From: an uncultured Clostridia bacterium
GTDB lineage: Bacteria; Bacillota; Clostridia; TANB77; CAG-508
Assembly: GCA_947601495.1 (NCBI GenBank)
Contig: CANQGE010000001.1
Coordinates: forward strand, 31,731 to 95,730
Direction of reading: 5' to 3'
Length of the DNA: 64,000 nt
The position numbers and the translations under genes are program-made. This document shows, one piece after another, positions 1 through 9,678 of this stretch (the first letter of the stretch is position 1; every line of letters starts with the position of its first letter). The notes under the pieces were generated by a model that ran no database searches, was not told the DNA's origin, and worked only from the letters and a program-made list of their open reading frames with translations.

Positions 1-245
1 ATACCTATTAAATATCCTGTATTAAACGTTGTATCTGCTTTATGATTATAACTTTGAATAGCATCTATTAAAACTATTATTCCTAAAATAATATATATGC
101 CTAATAGCACATATTTTACAACAAATGATTCCTGAATTGTAAGTAATGTCATATCTTGTGGAACCTTTTTTGTAAAAATAACAATTAAAATTCCAAATAA
201 TATGTTAGTAAATGCTAAGCATAAATTTACAATTTTTCCTCTCAT
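1..245 (-). CDS. Membrane protein, 3' end truncated by window edge (MRGKIVNLCLAFTNILFGILIVIF...)
   Basis: ATG at 245-243 on minus strand, preceded by GAGGAAAAAA RBS. Translation is hydrophobic with at least two predicted TM helices. The frame stays open to position 1. Not in the ORF track because it is partial. Confidence 0.35.
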   Translation of the reverse strand, partial: MRGKIVNLCLAFTNILFGILIVIFTKKVPQDMTLLTIQESFVVKYVLLGIYIILGIIVLIDAIQSYNHKADTTFNTGYLIG

Positions 246-266
246 TATTTTTTCCTCACGTAAATT

Positions 267-947
267 TTATTTCTTTTGTATTTCTTCAAAAACAGCCTTA
301 TAAATTTCTTCATGTATATCTTCTCTAGTTCTTATTTCATCTTCTTTAACACATTTTATTTCATTCCAATTATATTCTTTTACTAAACTACAAGCTGCAT
401 TATAAGAATCTTCTAAGTGCTTTTGATCTCTTTCATGTATATCTTTTTTACTATCGTGTGTAAATTTGTTTTCTCTATTTGTTATTAACTCTCTAACTTT
501 TTCAGGTGGCATATTTAAGAAAAATACTTTTGTTGGAACTGGAAGTCCAAAAATATTAAATTCTAAATCAAATAACCACTTTAAAAATTTGTCTCTTTCT
601 TTTTTATCAGAAATTTTACCAGCTTGATGAACCATATTAGCTGTTGTATATCTATCTGCTAATATTATTCCATCATTTTCATAATATTGTTTTAAATCTT
701 TTATATATGTTGCATATCTATCTACAGCATAAAAAGTTGAAGCAATATAAGGGCTTATTTCTTTAGCATTTTCTCCAAATTCTCCAGATAAATACATTTT
801 TACAAGTGATGATGAAGGACTATCATAATTTGGAAAACTAACTGTTTTATAACTTATTCCATCTTGCTTTAAATGATTTTTTAGTAACTCAAATTGAGTT
901 TGTTTTCCACTTCCATCTGTTCCATCAATAACAAATAACTTTCCCAT
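267..947 (-). CDS. tmk: Thymidylate kinase
   Basis: P-loop VIDGTDGSGKQTQ at the N-terminus. The 226-aa length and overall layout match dTMP kinase. Confidence 0.9.
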   Translation of the reverse strand: MGKLFVIDGTDGSGKQTQFELLKNHLKQDGISYKTVSFPNYDSPSSSLVKMYLSGEFGENAKEISPYIASTFYAVDRYATYIKDLKQYYENDGIILADRYTTANMVHQAGKISDKKERDKFLKWLFDLEFNIFGLPVPTKVFFLNMPPEKVRELITNRENKFTHDSKKDIHERDQKHLEDSYNAACSLVKEYNWNEIKCVKEDEIRTREDIHEEIYKAVFEEIQKK

Positions 948-957
948 AATATTTCCC

Positions 958-2559
958 CTATTTTTTACTTATTCTATTAAATAATGGTTCTACATTTTCA
1001 AGTTTTAGTCCAGAGCTAACCTCTGTAAATTCCCATTTAGGTTCTTTTAAATCTAAATAGTTTCTAATTTTTTGACAGGCTGTTGGCATAACTGGTTCAA
1101 AAAGATTTGCTAAATTAGCAATAATTATGCTACATGTATAGATAGTATTGTTGAAAGAATCTATATTTTCTTTTCTTGCAACCCAAGGTTTATTTTCATC
1201 ATAAAACTTGTTTCCAAGTTCAACTAAATCCATAACCTTTTTTATTGCTTCTCTAAATTCTAGTTTTTCAATTAATTCGCCAACTTCTTTATATGTTTTT
1301 TCAATATTAACTTTTATTTCTTCATCTAATTTTCCAATAGGAATTTCTTCTAATTCTTTAAATCTTAATGTTCTATTAACTAAATTTCCAAATTTATTTA
1401 ATATTTCGCCATTATGTGTTTTTTCAAAATCTTCTATTGTAAAGTTTGTATCTTTTTTCTCTGGTCCATTTGCTAATAAATGATATCTTAAAGAATCTGA
1501 ATCATACATATCTAATGCTTCTAAGGCTGTCATTCCTATTCCTTTACTCTTAGAAAATTTTTGATCATTAAAATTTAAATATTCTGCTGAAACTATTGTA
1601 TCTACTAAATGGTAGTTTTCTTCTTGTCCTAACAATAAGGCATTTAAAATTATGCTATGGAACATAATGTTATCTTTTCCATGGCACATATATATTTTAT
1701 TATTATGTCCTTCTTTCCAAAAATCTTCCCATGTGCAGTCTGTTCTATTTTCACATAGTTTCATTGTATCTGTAAGATATCCCAAAACTGCATCAATCCA
1801 AACATACATTCTTTTATCTTCATAACCTGGAATAGGAATATCTACTCCCCAATTTAAATCTCTAGTAACAGCTCTATCCATTAAGCCTTGTTTTAAATAT
1901 TTTAAAGTTTCATTTTGAGCATTTATTCTCCATTCACCTTTTACTTTTTCTGTATGCTCTTCTATTTGTTTTTGAAATTTTGAAAGAGCTAAATATAAAA
2001 CTTTATTATTTCTCTCAGAAACTTTTGAACCACATTCAATACAATTTCCTGTTTTTAATTCTTCGTTTGTTGGAACATGAAGACAATTATCACATTGGTC
2101 ACCTTTAGTTTCTGCACCACATTCAGGACAAGTAAGAACAATTTCTCTATCTGATAAGAACTTACCACATGTTTCACAATATGTTTGTGGTTCTATTTTT
2201 TCATAAATATATCCATTATCATATAATTTTTTAAATAATATTTTTACTTTTTCTTTATGATATTCATCAAAAGTTCTTGAATATAAATCATAAGAAAATT
2301 GATAACCCTTAAAGATTTTGTTAAATTCTTCATCATATTTACTTGCTATTTGTTTTGGTGAAATTTTTTCTTTTCTTGCTCTTTCAGTAATTGGAGTTCC
2401 ATGGCAATCTGATCCAGAAACATAAAGAACATTTTCTCCTTTTAGTCTATAATATCTTGCCAAGAAATCTCCTGATATAAGTCCAGCAATATGTCCTAAA
2501 TGCAAAGAGCTATTTGCATATGGCCATGCTCCACCTATAAGTATATTTTTTCTATTCAT
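958..2559 (-). CDS. metG: Methionyl-tRNA synthetase (class I)
   Basis: HLGH motif (SSLHLGHIAG) and KMSKS-type motif (KFSKSKG). CxxC zinc knuckles (CETCGK, CPECG, CDNC, CIECG) are typical of MetG. Confidence 0.93.
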   Translation of the reverse strand: MNRKNILIGGAWPYANSSLHLGHIAGLISGDFLARYYRLKGENVLYVSGSDCHGTPITERARKEKISPKQIASKYDEEFNKIFKGYQFSYDLYSRTFDEYHKEKVKILFKKLYDNGYIYEKIEPQTYCETCGKFLSDREIVLTCPECGAETKGDQCDNCLHVPTNEELKTGNCIECGSKVSERNNKVLYLALSKFQKQIEEHTEKVKGEWRINAQNETLKYLKQGLMDRAVTRDLNWGVDIPIPGYEDKRMYVWIDAVLGYLTDTMKLCENRTDCTWEDFWKEGHNNKIYMCHGKDNIMFHSIILNALLLGQEENYHLVDTIVSAEYLNFNDQKFSKSKGIGMTALEALDMYDSDSLRYHLLANGPEKKDTNFTIEDFEKTHNGEILNKFGNLVNRTLRFKELEEIPIGKLDEEIKVNIEKTYKEVGELIEKLEFREAIKKVMDLVELGNKFYDENKPWVARKENIDSFNNTIYTCSIIIANLANLFEPVMPTACQKIRNYLDLKEPKWEFTEVSSGLKLENVEPLFNRISKK

Positions 2560-2590
2560 TAATTTTCTCCTTTTTTAATTTCAAGTTATT

Positions 2591-3967
2591 CTAATATCTC
2601 CTGCCATAAGGGTCTGATGGTCCCAAAACATGTAGTTCTTCTTCATCTTCTTCGTCTTTACTTTGTGGTTTTTCTGCTGGTTTTTCTGTTGGTGTTTCTT
2701 CAGGTGTTTCTTCTTTTACTTCTTCTTCAGCTTCTGATTTTTCTCTTGCTTCTATTTTGTCCATTATTTCGTCTCTTTTGCCCATATCTGTTTCAATTTC
2801 TGATCTAATTGTAGGAAGTTTTAATCCATATTTATCAAATAATTTTAATCTATCATCATTGATTTCTTGCATTTTTTCGATTTTTTCTGCTTTTGAAAGA
2901 TTTGTAACATTTTTTATTGAATCTTGTTTATTTTCTAATTCTTCTAAGTTTTGTGCCAATAATTCCTTGTCTTCTCTTCTTAAGTCTCTAGGTTCAGTAA
3001 CTAAATCTGCAACTATTTGATGCCCGTCCATATCTTTATAATATACTTTCGTACCTTTATCTTCCGCATTATCAACTACAGAAGCAGTTTTATATTCATC
3101 CATTACTTTTGTTGCATCTTCATCATATCTTCTTTCATCTATAACTCTTTCACCTTGTACAAATACTATTCTGTCATTTCCTGTTGAAATATCTCCACTA
3201 GAAAAAGCTAAACAATAAACTGGTCCACCATTATCTTGTAATCCTGCTGTATCAATTAATTGATCTGAAATGCTAGAAGGATTTCTTGCTATTAAAACAT
3301 GTTTTAAAGTTGCACCTTCTCTTTCTTTTATTTCATCTACTTTATCTTTTACATTTTCTGGTATGTTTACTTCTTCTTCCTCTTTTTCTTCTTCTGAAAG
3401 TTCTGCATCTTTTTCCTTAGTTTCTTCTTCCTTACCTTTATCTCTTTCCTCTTCTTCTCTATCTATTTCTTTTACTTGAAGATTTGGATTATTTTCTTTT
3501 ATTTTTTTAATAGTTTCTTCTTCATTTTCGGGAATTAATGTATCTTCTGCTATTTGTTTTTCCATTTCTTCTGGGGAATCTGGAAATAATGCATTTTCGA
3601 CTTCTTCTACTGATACATTTGCTTCAACTGCATATTTAAATACTTGTTTTTTCATTCGTGGAGTTAGCATAAAATTTTGTGAGTTTTCATCATCACCAAT
3701 AAAATCAACAGCCATATCTTCACCTTTGTCATTTACAGTTAATATTTGTGTTTCTCCATTTGGTAACAATATTTGAACTTTTCCAATTTTTTCTACTGTT
3801 CCGTCTCTTTTTTGAATTTCTTTTACTTCTACTAAATCAATATTAGATGGATCTATATCTCTTACCCTCATAGTTTTTTTACCATCTGATGATACATATG
3901 TATCTGCATTTTCATAAACTTTTGCAAGTAAAAATTGTCTTTGTAAATAATTATCTATATCGTTCAT
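2591..3967 (-). CDS. Hypothetical cytoplasmic protein with long acidic E/K-rich low-complexity segments
   Basis: 458-aa ORF with no TM segment and no recognisable catalytic motif. Central and C-terminal regions are strongly acidic (EEEERDKGKEEETKEKDAELSEEEKEEEE). Codon usage matches the neighbouring genes. Confidence 0.5.
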   Translation of the reverse strand: MNDIDNYLQRQFLLAKVYENADTYVSSDGKKTMRVRDIDPSNIDLVEVKEIQKRDGTVEKIGKVQILLPNGETQILTVNDKGEDMAVDFIGDDENSQNFMLTPRMKKQVFKYAVEANVSVEEVENALFPDSPEEMEKQIAEDTLIPENEEETIKKIKENNPNLQVKEIDREEEERDKGKEEETKEKDAELSEEEKEEEEVNIPENVKDKVDEIKEREGATLKHVLIARNPSSISDQLIDTAGLQDNGGPVYCLAFSSGDISTGNDRIVFVQGERVIDERRYDEDATKVMDEYKTASVVDNAEDKGTKVYYKDMDGHQIVADLVTEPRDLRREDKELLAQNLEELENKQDSIKNVTNLSKAEKIEKMQEINDDRLKLFDKYGLKLPTIRSEIETDMGKRDEIMDKIEAREKSEAEEEVKEETPEETPTEKPAEKPQSKDEEDEEELHVLGPSDPYGRRY

Positions 3968-4097
3968 ATTTAGTCTCCTTTGATTTTAAATTTATATTTA
4001 TATTATATAAGTATATTTTTACAATTTCAACAATTTTATTAACTTTTTAATAACAAAATTGCTTATTTTAAAATTTTTATATCTCATATTCTATAAA

Positions 4098-4130
4098 AAA
4101 ACCTAAATTGAAAAAACATCAATTTAGGTT
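4098..4130 (-). terminator. Rho-independent terminator downstream of the Wzz-BY-kinase fusion gene
   Basis: Inverted repeat aacctaaattga...tcaatttaggtt, followed by a T-run on the minus strand. Confidence 0.5.
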
Positions 4131-4136
4131 TTATTT

Positions 4137-7100
4137 TTATAAGTTTTTATTGTATTTTGTTTTAGGATATAAATTATCACCTAATAGTTCTTCTTCTATT
4201 CTAGCTTCTTCTTTTTGCTTTTCTCTTTCTTCTTCTCTTTGCTTTCTTATTTCCTCTTGTTTTCTCATTTTTTCTTCTTTTAGTTTTTGTCTTTCAATTT
4301 TTCTTTTTTCAGCTTTTTCTTTTCTTAGTTTATTTCTTTCTTCCCTTAATTTTCTTTGTTCTTCTTGTTTTTCTTTTTTATCTATAGATAATATATTTTC
4401 CTCATCTTTTTCTATTTCATACATTCCAGAATTTTCTGTTTCTGCACTCTCAACATCAATATCGCTTTTACTATCGAATTTTTCTATAATGCTTTCATAA
4501 AATTGCCTATTTTCCATTGATTTGTTAAACTCTTCTTCAGTTTTAAATTTTGAATCAATTTCATATATTTTTGAGAAATGAATCATAGATAATTTATCTG
4601 TTATGTTTATTCTATTTGTAAGCCAAATATTATTTAACTTATATTCAAGTTCAATATTAGATTCTTTTAATTCAGCTATTCTTAATCTTTTACATCTTAA
4701 ATCATATTCTTCTGATTTTTCATCTGGAAGTCTATCATAATTTTTTGACATACAATAAGCATAAGTATCTGCTCTATTAGAAACTACTTTTTCTTTTATC
4801 CAAACAGAATCATCATAATCGCAAAGAGTTGTATAAACTAAGGTATCTATTCTTTGAGCTTGCCTTTTGGTTATACCATATAATCCCATTAAGCCTTGCA
4901 TTCTATCACGTATTAGTGAAGGAGAATAATGTTTTTTCTCAAATCCGTCGTTTTTATCTATTCCTCGTATAATTTTTTCTACAAATATTTTTTCACTAAA
5001 TACTCTACAATATCCCTCTTCTGCATCAACAAAAATTAATACTGCACCATTTTTTTTGTTTGTTTCTACATTTTTTTTATCTTTTTTATGTTCTTTTTTT
5101 AATTCTCTTCTCTCTGCTTTTGCTCTTTCTAATTCTCTTTTCTCTGTTTCTCTTCTTTCTGCCTCTTGTTTTTCTTTTTCACGTTTTTCTATTTCTCTTT
5201 TTTCTGCTTCTATTCTTTCTTGTTCTATTCTTTCATTCTTTTTTGCTTCTAATTCTTTATTGTTCTCTTTTAAAATAGTTTCATTTTTTTCTTTCTGAAT
5301 ATTTTTAAAATCATTCTTTTTATTTATTTCATTTTCATTTTGAAATTCATCAAAAGTTTCCTGACCTTCGTAAGTATCTGAATTATTTTCTTTCTCTACA
5401 TCTAAATTTTCATCTAAGCTGTCAAATGATAATTGTGTGTTTTCTTCAGTTTCAATGTTGTTTAGATATATTTTGTCAAATTCTTTTTCTTTTTTTCTTT
5501 CTTCTATTTTTTCTTTAATACCTAATCCAAAATTTACTGTACTTGTTTTTACTTTATTAAAAGAGTTACTTACTACAGCTACGGTTTTTTCTTTTAAATT
5601 TTTTAATGATTTTGCAATATTTTCAAAATAATTATTAACTTTAAAACTTGATTCTGCATTATTAACTCTATTAGAAGAATTATTTATTAAAACAATGTTG
5701 TTTACATTTGTTTTTTTAGGATTTTTATTATAAATATTATTTTTATCTACAATTTCAATTTCTGGAATTATTGTTTTTATACTATCTTCTATATTGATAA
5801 TTTTTTCTTTATTTTCATTATTAGTTTTATCGTTTAAGTTTTCTTTACTTTCTGCTTTTTGCTCTTCCTTTTTATTATCATTATCTTTTACTTCGTTTGA
5901 CTCATCTTTTTCTTCTTTTTTATCTTTATTTTTATTTTCAATTTTATTTTCTTTATCTTCTAACTTATTATTATCTAATTTTTCTACGATAACTTCTTCT
6001 TTATTTTCAGACTGCTTTTTCTGTTCTATTTTATCTATTTTTGCTGCCATAAGAAGTTTTTGTTTTTTCTCTTCTTGTTTTTCTTTCGCAAAATCTTTTA
6101 ATTTATTAATTAGATTTTTTAAATTTTCTATAATTTTAGAAACGTTTAATTTTAAAAATGAAAATACTTTAATAGAAGTTGTTTTTATGTCTTGGAAAGA
6201 TATTTTTCTTCTAAATTTAGTTTTGTTTATTATAATTCCCATTGGATTTCCACCAACATTTTGAATATCTTTCTTAGCTTTAAATAAATCCTCTTTTTTA
6301 GTTTTCTTATAGTCCGATACTATTATTGTTGAATTAACAGCTCTAGTTAAAATTAAAGAATTCATATTGTTTAACACAGAAGTTCCATCTATTAAAACTA
6401 AATCATAAAAAACACTTAAGTCTTTTATTAATTCTTGTAATCTTTCAGAAGTAAGCAATTCTGTTGAATTTGGTGGTACTGTTCCTGAAGTAATCAAATT
6501 TAAATTTTTTATTCCTGTTTCATTTATAAAATTGTTTGTAAGTTTTTTTATTTCCATTCCATTAGAATCTAAACTTGATAAGTAATTAGAAAATCCAAGA
6601 TTGTTTGGTATGTTAAATATTTTATTTTGTCTACCATTTTGCATATCTGAATCTATTATTATTACTTTTTTTCCACTTTCTGCAAAAATTACACCAAGAT
6701 TAGCTGTAATGTAACTTTTTCCTTCACCATCTAAAGGACTTGTTATAAGTATTATGTTTTTCTCTTTATTATTAACGTTTATAAATTGAATATTAGTTCT
6801 AAGATTTCTAAATGCTTTTAAAGTTATTGATTTGCTTCCTGAAGTAGTTGATATTAATTCATTTTTAATTTTATTTGATTTATTTTTTTTGCAATTTATT
6901 AAAGGAATTTCAATTAATTTTTTTAAATTTATTTCATTATCGATGTTCTCATTAATTTTAATATTTCTGTCTATAATCGCTACAGCAAAAATATAACCAG
7001 AGCTTACTAAAATACCAATTATAAGAGAAATAAACGCACATAATATTATTGAAATATTTGTTGTAACTTTATTTATATGAGGACTATCAACTATATATAT

Positions 7101-7544
7101 TTCTCTATTTTCATACATTTCATCTAGTTTATCTGAAAGAATATCTATCAATTTTTGGTTTTCTTTTATTGAATTATTTTCATCAGTATTTTTTACTTGA
7201 ATTTGAAATGTATCTGAATTTGAATTTATTTTTATATCTATGCCTTTTCTTAGTTCTTTATTGCTTAAATTCAAATTTAAATCATCTTTTATTTTTTGAA
7301 TAGAGGAATCACTTTTTAATAGTTCTTTAAAAGTATGTATAAGTTTGGAAGTAATTTCTATGTTTTCTCTACTTTCGCTTTGTCCATTTTCAGTTACTTC
7401 TGATTTTATTAATAAAGCTTTTGATACTGAAATATATTCTTTTTTACTTAAGCATAGAGAAAGAACTATACCAATAATTAGTATAGATATTACAATTAAT
7501 ATTACATGTATTTTCTTTTCTTTTAATTTTTCCAAAAATATCAT
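4137..7544 (-). CDS. Fusion of Wzz-type chain-length modulator and BY-kinase-like P-loop ATPase, with a long K/E-rich coiled-coil and an unknown C-terminal domain
   Basis: The N-terminus has TM1 (HVILIVISILIIGIVLSL), a roughly 140-aa extracytoplasmic segment and TM2 (ISIILCAFISLIIGILV), which is Wzz/Cps2C-like. A CpsD/YwqD-like ATPase follows, with Walker A TSPLDGEGKS, A' VIIIDSDMQNG and Walker B DLVLIDGTS. About 300 aa of K/E/N-rich repeats come next (EKREIEKREKEKQEAERRE...). The C-terminus is a roughly 250-aa unrecognised globular region (GAVLIFVDAEEGYCRV...) with a final KE-rich tail. RBS AGAGGAAAAAA lies upstream. No C-terminal tyrosine cluster is present. Confidence 0.7.
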   Translation of the reverse strand: MIFLEKLKEKKIHVILIVISILIIGIVLSLCLSKKEYISVSKALLIKSEVTENGQSESRENIEITSKLIHTFKELLKSDSSIQKIKDDLNLNLSNKELRKGIDIKINSNSDTFQIQVKNTDENNSIKENQKLIDILSDKLDEMYENREIYIVDSPHINKVTTNISIILCAFISLIIGILVSSGYIFAVAIIDRNIKINENIDNEINLKKLIEIPLINCKKNKSNKIKNELISTTSGSKSITLKAFRNLRTNIQFINVNNKEKNIILITSPLDGEGKSYITANLGVIFAESGKKVIIIDSDMQNGRQNKIFNIPNNLGFSNYLSSLDSNGMEIKKLTNNFINETGIKNLNLITSGTVPPNSTELLTSERLQELIKDLSVFYDLVLIDGTSVLNNMNSLILTRAVNSTIIVSDYKKTKKEDLFKAKKDIQNVGGNPMGIIINKTKFRRKISFQDIKTTSIKVFSFLKLNVSKIIENLKNLINKLKDFAKEKQEEKKQKLLMAAKIDKIEQKKQSENKEEVIVEKLDNNKLEDKENKIENKNKDKKEEKDESNEVKDNDNKKEEQKAESKENLNDKTNNENKEKIINIEDSIKTIIPEIEIVDKNNIYNKNPKKTNVNNIVLINNSSNRVNNAESSFKVNNYFENIAKSLKNLKEKTVAVVSNSFNKVKTSTVNFGLGIKEKIEERKKEKEFDKIYLNNIETEENTQLSFDSLDENLDVEKENNSDTYEGQETFDEFQNENEINKKNDFKNIQKEKNETILKENNKELEAKKNERIEQERIEAEKREIEKREKEKQEAERRETEKRELERAKAERRELKKEHKKDKKNVETNKKNGAVLIFVDAEEGYCRVFSEKIFVEKIIRGIDKNDGFEKKHYSPSLIRDRMQGLMGLYGITKRQAQRIDTLVYTTLCDYDDSVWIKEKVVSNRADTYAYCMSKNYDRLPDEKSEEYDLRCKRLRIAELKESNIELEYKLNNIWLTNRINITDKLSMIHFSKIYEIDSKFKTEEEFNKSMENRQFYESIIEKFDSKSDIDVESAETENSGMYEIEKDEENILSIDKKEKQEEQRKLREERNKLRKEKAEKRKIERQKLKEEKMRKQEEIRKQREEEREKQKEEARIEEELLGDNLYPKTKYNKNL

Positions 7545-7787
7545 TTTTTTCCTCTCTTATCTACTAAATAAAAAATAAAAGACGCAAATAAAAATTATTC
7601 ACATCTTTTGTATGGTATTTTCTTATAAAATTCTTAATCATTATAGCAAACTTTCTTTAAAAATTCAATACTTTTAAAGTATTTATTTAAAAATTTTTAT
7701 GCTAATTTTGACATCTTATTTTTTAAAGTTTACTATTTTTATAGATTACTATTTAAACTCTGTTTTAAAACAATTGGAACGCCAAAA

Positions 7788-7805
7788 AGCACACTGTAAA
7801 GTGTG
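7788..7805 (-). terminator. Rho-independent terminator downstream of the LPxxG surface-protein gene
   Basis: gcacactgtaaagtgtgc hairpin, flanked by an A-run on the plus strand and a T-run on the minus strand. Confidence 0.5.
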
Positions 7806-7834
7806 CCTTTTATATTTTAAAAATTAATTTCTAA

Positions 7835-8263
7835 TTAAACATTATAATCTGATACTTTCTTATAAGCATATAATGCTGAAGCAACAAGTGCAATTGTTAC
7901 AAATACCATAGATGATCCATTTCCTGCATATGGTAATGAAGAACTTACTTTATTTGTGTTTGAATTTGTTGAATTAGTATTACTAGAAGTATTAGTGTTT
8001 GTGTTGTTTACTGTATTATTAGCACTTGGTGAACCAACTGTTGCTGGAATAAGTGTTCCGTTTGTGTTTGAATTTGTGTTCTCATCTGTAGCTTCATTAT
8101 TAACTGCTCCTGCTTCTTCGTTTGTTGAAGTTGTATTTGTATCTGCAACTAATTGTTGACCTTCTGTAGCAGAAACTAATGAACTTATACTAGCAAATGT
8201 GAAAGTTATTAATACGATAAGTACTAAACTTACTAAAAATTTTTCTTTTCTTAATTTAACCAT
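7835..8263 (-). CDS. Small S/T/N-rich surface protein with an LPxxG-type C-terminal sorting signal
   Basis: N-terminal signal peptide (FLVSLVLIVLITFTFASISSLVSA) and a low-complexity T/N/S-rich mature region. The C-terminus has the tripartite sorting signal LPYAGNG, a hydrophobic helix (MVFVTIALVASALYAY) and a basic tail (KK). Confidence 0.55.
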   Translation of the reverse strand: MVKLRKEKFLVSLVLIVLITFTFASISSLVSATEGQQLVADTNTTSTNEEAGAVNNEATDENTNSNTNGTLIPATVGSPSANNTVNNTNTNTSSNTNSTNSNTNKVSSSLPYAGNGSSMVFVTIALVASALYAYKKVSDYNV

Positions 8264-8297
8264 TTTTCCATCTCCCTATTACTTAACATCTGAACAT

Positions 8298-8326
8298 ATT
8301 ATAACATTACGATATATTCAATGCAA
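8298..8326 (-). promoter_or_regulatory. Sigma-A type promoter for the surface-protein gene
   Basis: On the minus strand: TTGCAT, a 17-bp spacer, then TATAAT. The RBS AGGGAGATGG lies before the ATG. Confidence 0.45.
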
Positions 8327-8397
8327 GTATTTTTTGTATTTTTTTGTTTTTTAATATTCTTGAAATATTGTAATATTTTTGTAATATTTGTCGTTTT

Positions 8398-9492
8398 TTA
8401 GACATTAAACTTAAATAAAACAATATCTCCATCTTTCATTACATAATCCTTACCTTCTGATCTAACTAATCCTTTTTCTCTAGCTTGAACCATTGATCCT
8501 GAAGCACTCATTAAATCATCATATGATACAACTTCTGCTTTAATAAATCCTCTTTCTATGTCTGAATGTATTTTTCCAGCTGCTTGAGGAGCCTTTGTGC
8601 CTATTTTTATTGTCCATGCTCTAACCTCCGGTTCTCCAGCTGTTAAGAAAGACATTAATCCTAATAATTTATAGCTTGCTTTTATTAATTTATCTAATCC
8701 TGATTCTTTAAGTCCAAGTGCTTCAAGCATTTCTTGTTTTTCATCTTTTTCTAAAGAACTTAATTCTTCTTCAATTTTTACACAAAGTGAAATAACTTCA
8801 GCTCCTTCTTTAGAAGCGTACTCTATAACTTTCTTTACATTTTCATTAGAATTTGGATTTTCTATTTCACTTTCTGAAATATTTGCAACATAAAGTACTG
8901 GCTTCATAGTTAGTAAAAAGCTTTCTCTTAAAACTTCTTTTTCTTCATCTGTATAGTTTAATGTTCTTGCGCATTTTCCAGAATTTAAAGTTTCTTTTAC
9001 TTTTTCCAAAGTATCTATTTCAAATTGATATTTTTTATCAGCTTTTAAAAGTTTTTTTGCTCTTTCTAGTCTTTTTTCTATTGTTTCCAAATCTGCAAAA
9101 ATTAATTCAAGATTTATTGTTTCAATATCACGAACTGGATCAACACTTCCATCAACATGTACTATATTGTCGTTTTCAAAACATCTAACTACTTGAATTA
9201 TGCTATCTACTTCTCTAATGTGTGATAAAAACTTGTTTCCTAAGCCCTCACCTTTACTAGCTCCTCTTACTAAACCTGCTATATCAACAAATTCTACAAT
9301 TGCATTTGTTACTTTTTGAGGTTTATAAATTTCTGCTAGTTTTTCTAATCTTTCATCTGGTACTGCTACTACTCCAACGTTTGGTTCTATTGTACAAAAT
9401 GGATAATTTGCACATTCTGCACCTGCATTTGTTATGCTATTAAATAGCGTACTTTTTCCTACATTAGGAAGTCCAACAATTCCTATTTTCAT
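8398..9492 (-). CDS. ychF: Ribosome-binding ATPase YchF (Obg-family GTPase)
   Basis: G1 motif GIVGLPNVGKSTLFN. Full-length match to the YchF/Ola1 layout, including the C-terminal TGS domain region. Confidence 0.9.
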   Translation of the reverse strand: MKIGIVGLPNVGKSTLFNSITNAGAECANYPFCTIEPNVGVVAVPDERLEKLAEIYKPQKVTNAIVEFVDIAGLVRGASKGEGLGNKFLSHIREVDSIIQVVRCFENDNIVHVDGSVDPVRDIETINLELIFADLETIEKRLERAKKLLKADKKYQFEIDTLEKVKETLNSGKCARTLNYTDEEKEVLRESFLLTMKPVLYVANISESEIENPNSNENVKKVIEYASKEGAEVISLCVKIEEELSSLEKDEKQEMLEALGLKESGLDKLIKASYKLLGLMSFLTAGEPEVRAWTIKIGTKAPQAAGKIHSDIERGFIKAEVVSYDDLMSASGSMVQAREKGLVRSEGKDYVMKDGDIVLFKFNV

Positions 9493-9562
9493 ATTTTACC
9501 TTCTTTTTTAATATATATTTTATTGTATTATAATTTATTTTAAGTTTTAATTAAAATAAAAA

Positions 9563-9638
<76 letters not shown>

Positions 9639-9678
9639 ATCTTTTCATAAAAATACATGGCATAAAATATGCCATATA

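Noticed and set aside
1208-3479. Plus-strand ORFs 1208..1483, 2617..2808, 2757..3020, 3270..3479
   Set aside because: They are antisense to the well-supported metG and to the acidic protein gene. Their products are hydrophobic or low-complexity mirror images of the sense frames.
4108-6264. Plus-strand ORFs (4108..4500, 5056..5298, 5060..5278, 5437..5631, 5794..6264) with S/F/L-rich products
   Set aside because: They are antisense to the 1135-aa Wzz-BYK fusion gene, inside its K/E-repeat region. Poly-pyrimidine/purine low complexity creates long stop-free antisense frames. They have no RBS or start context.
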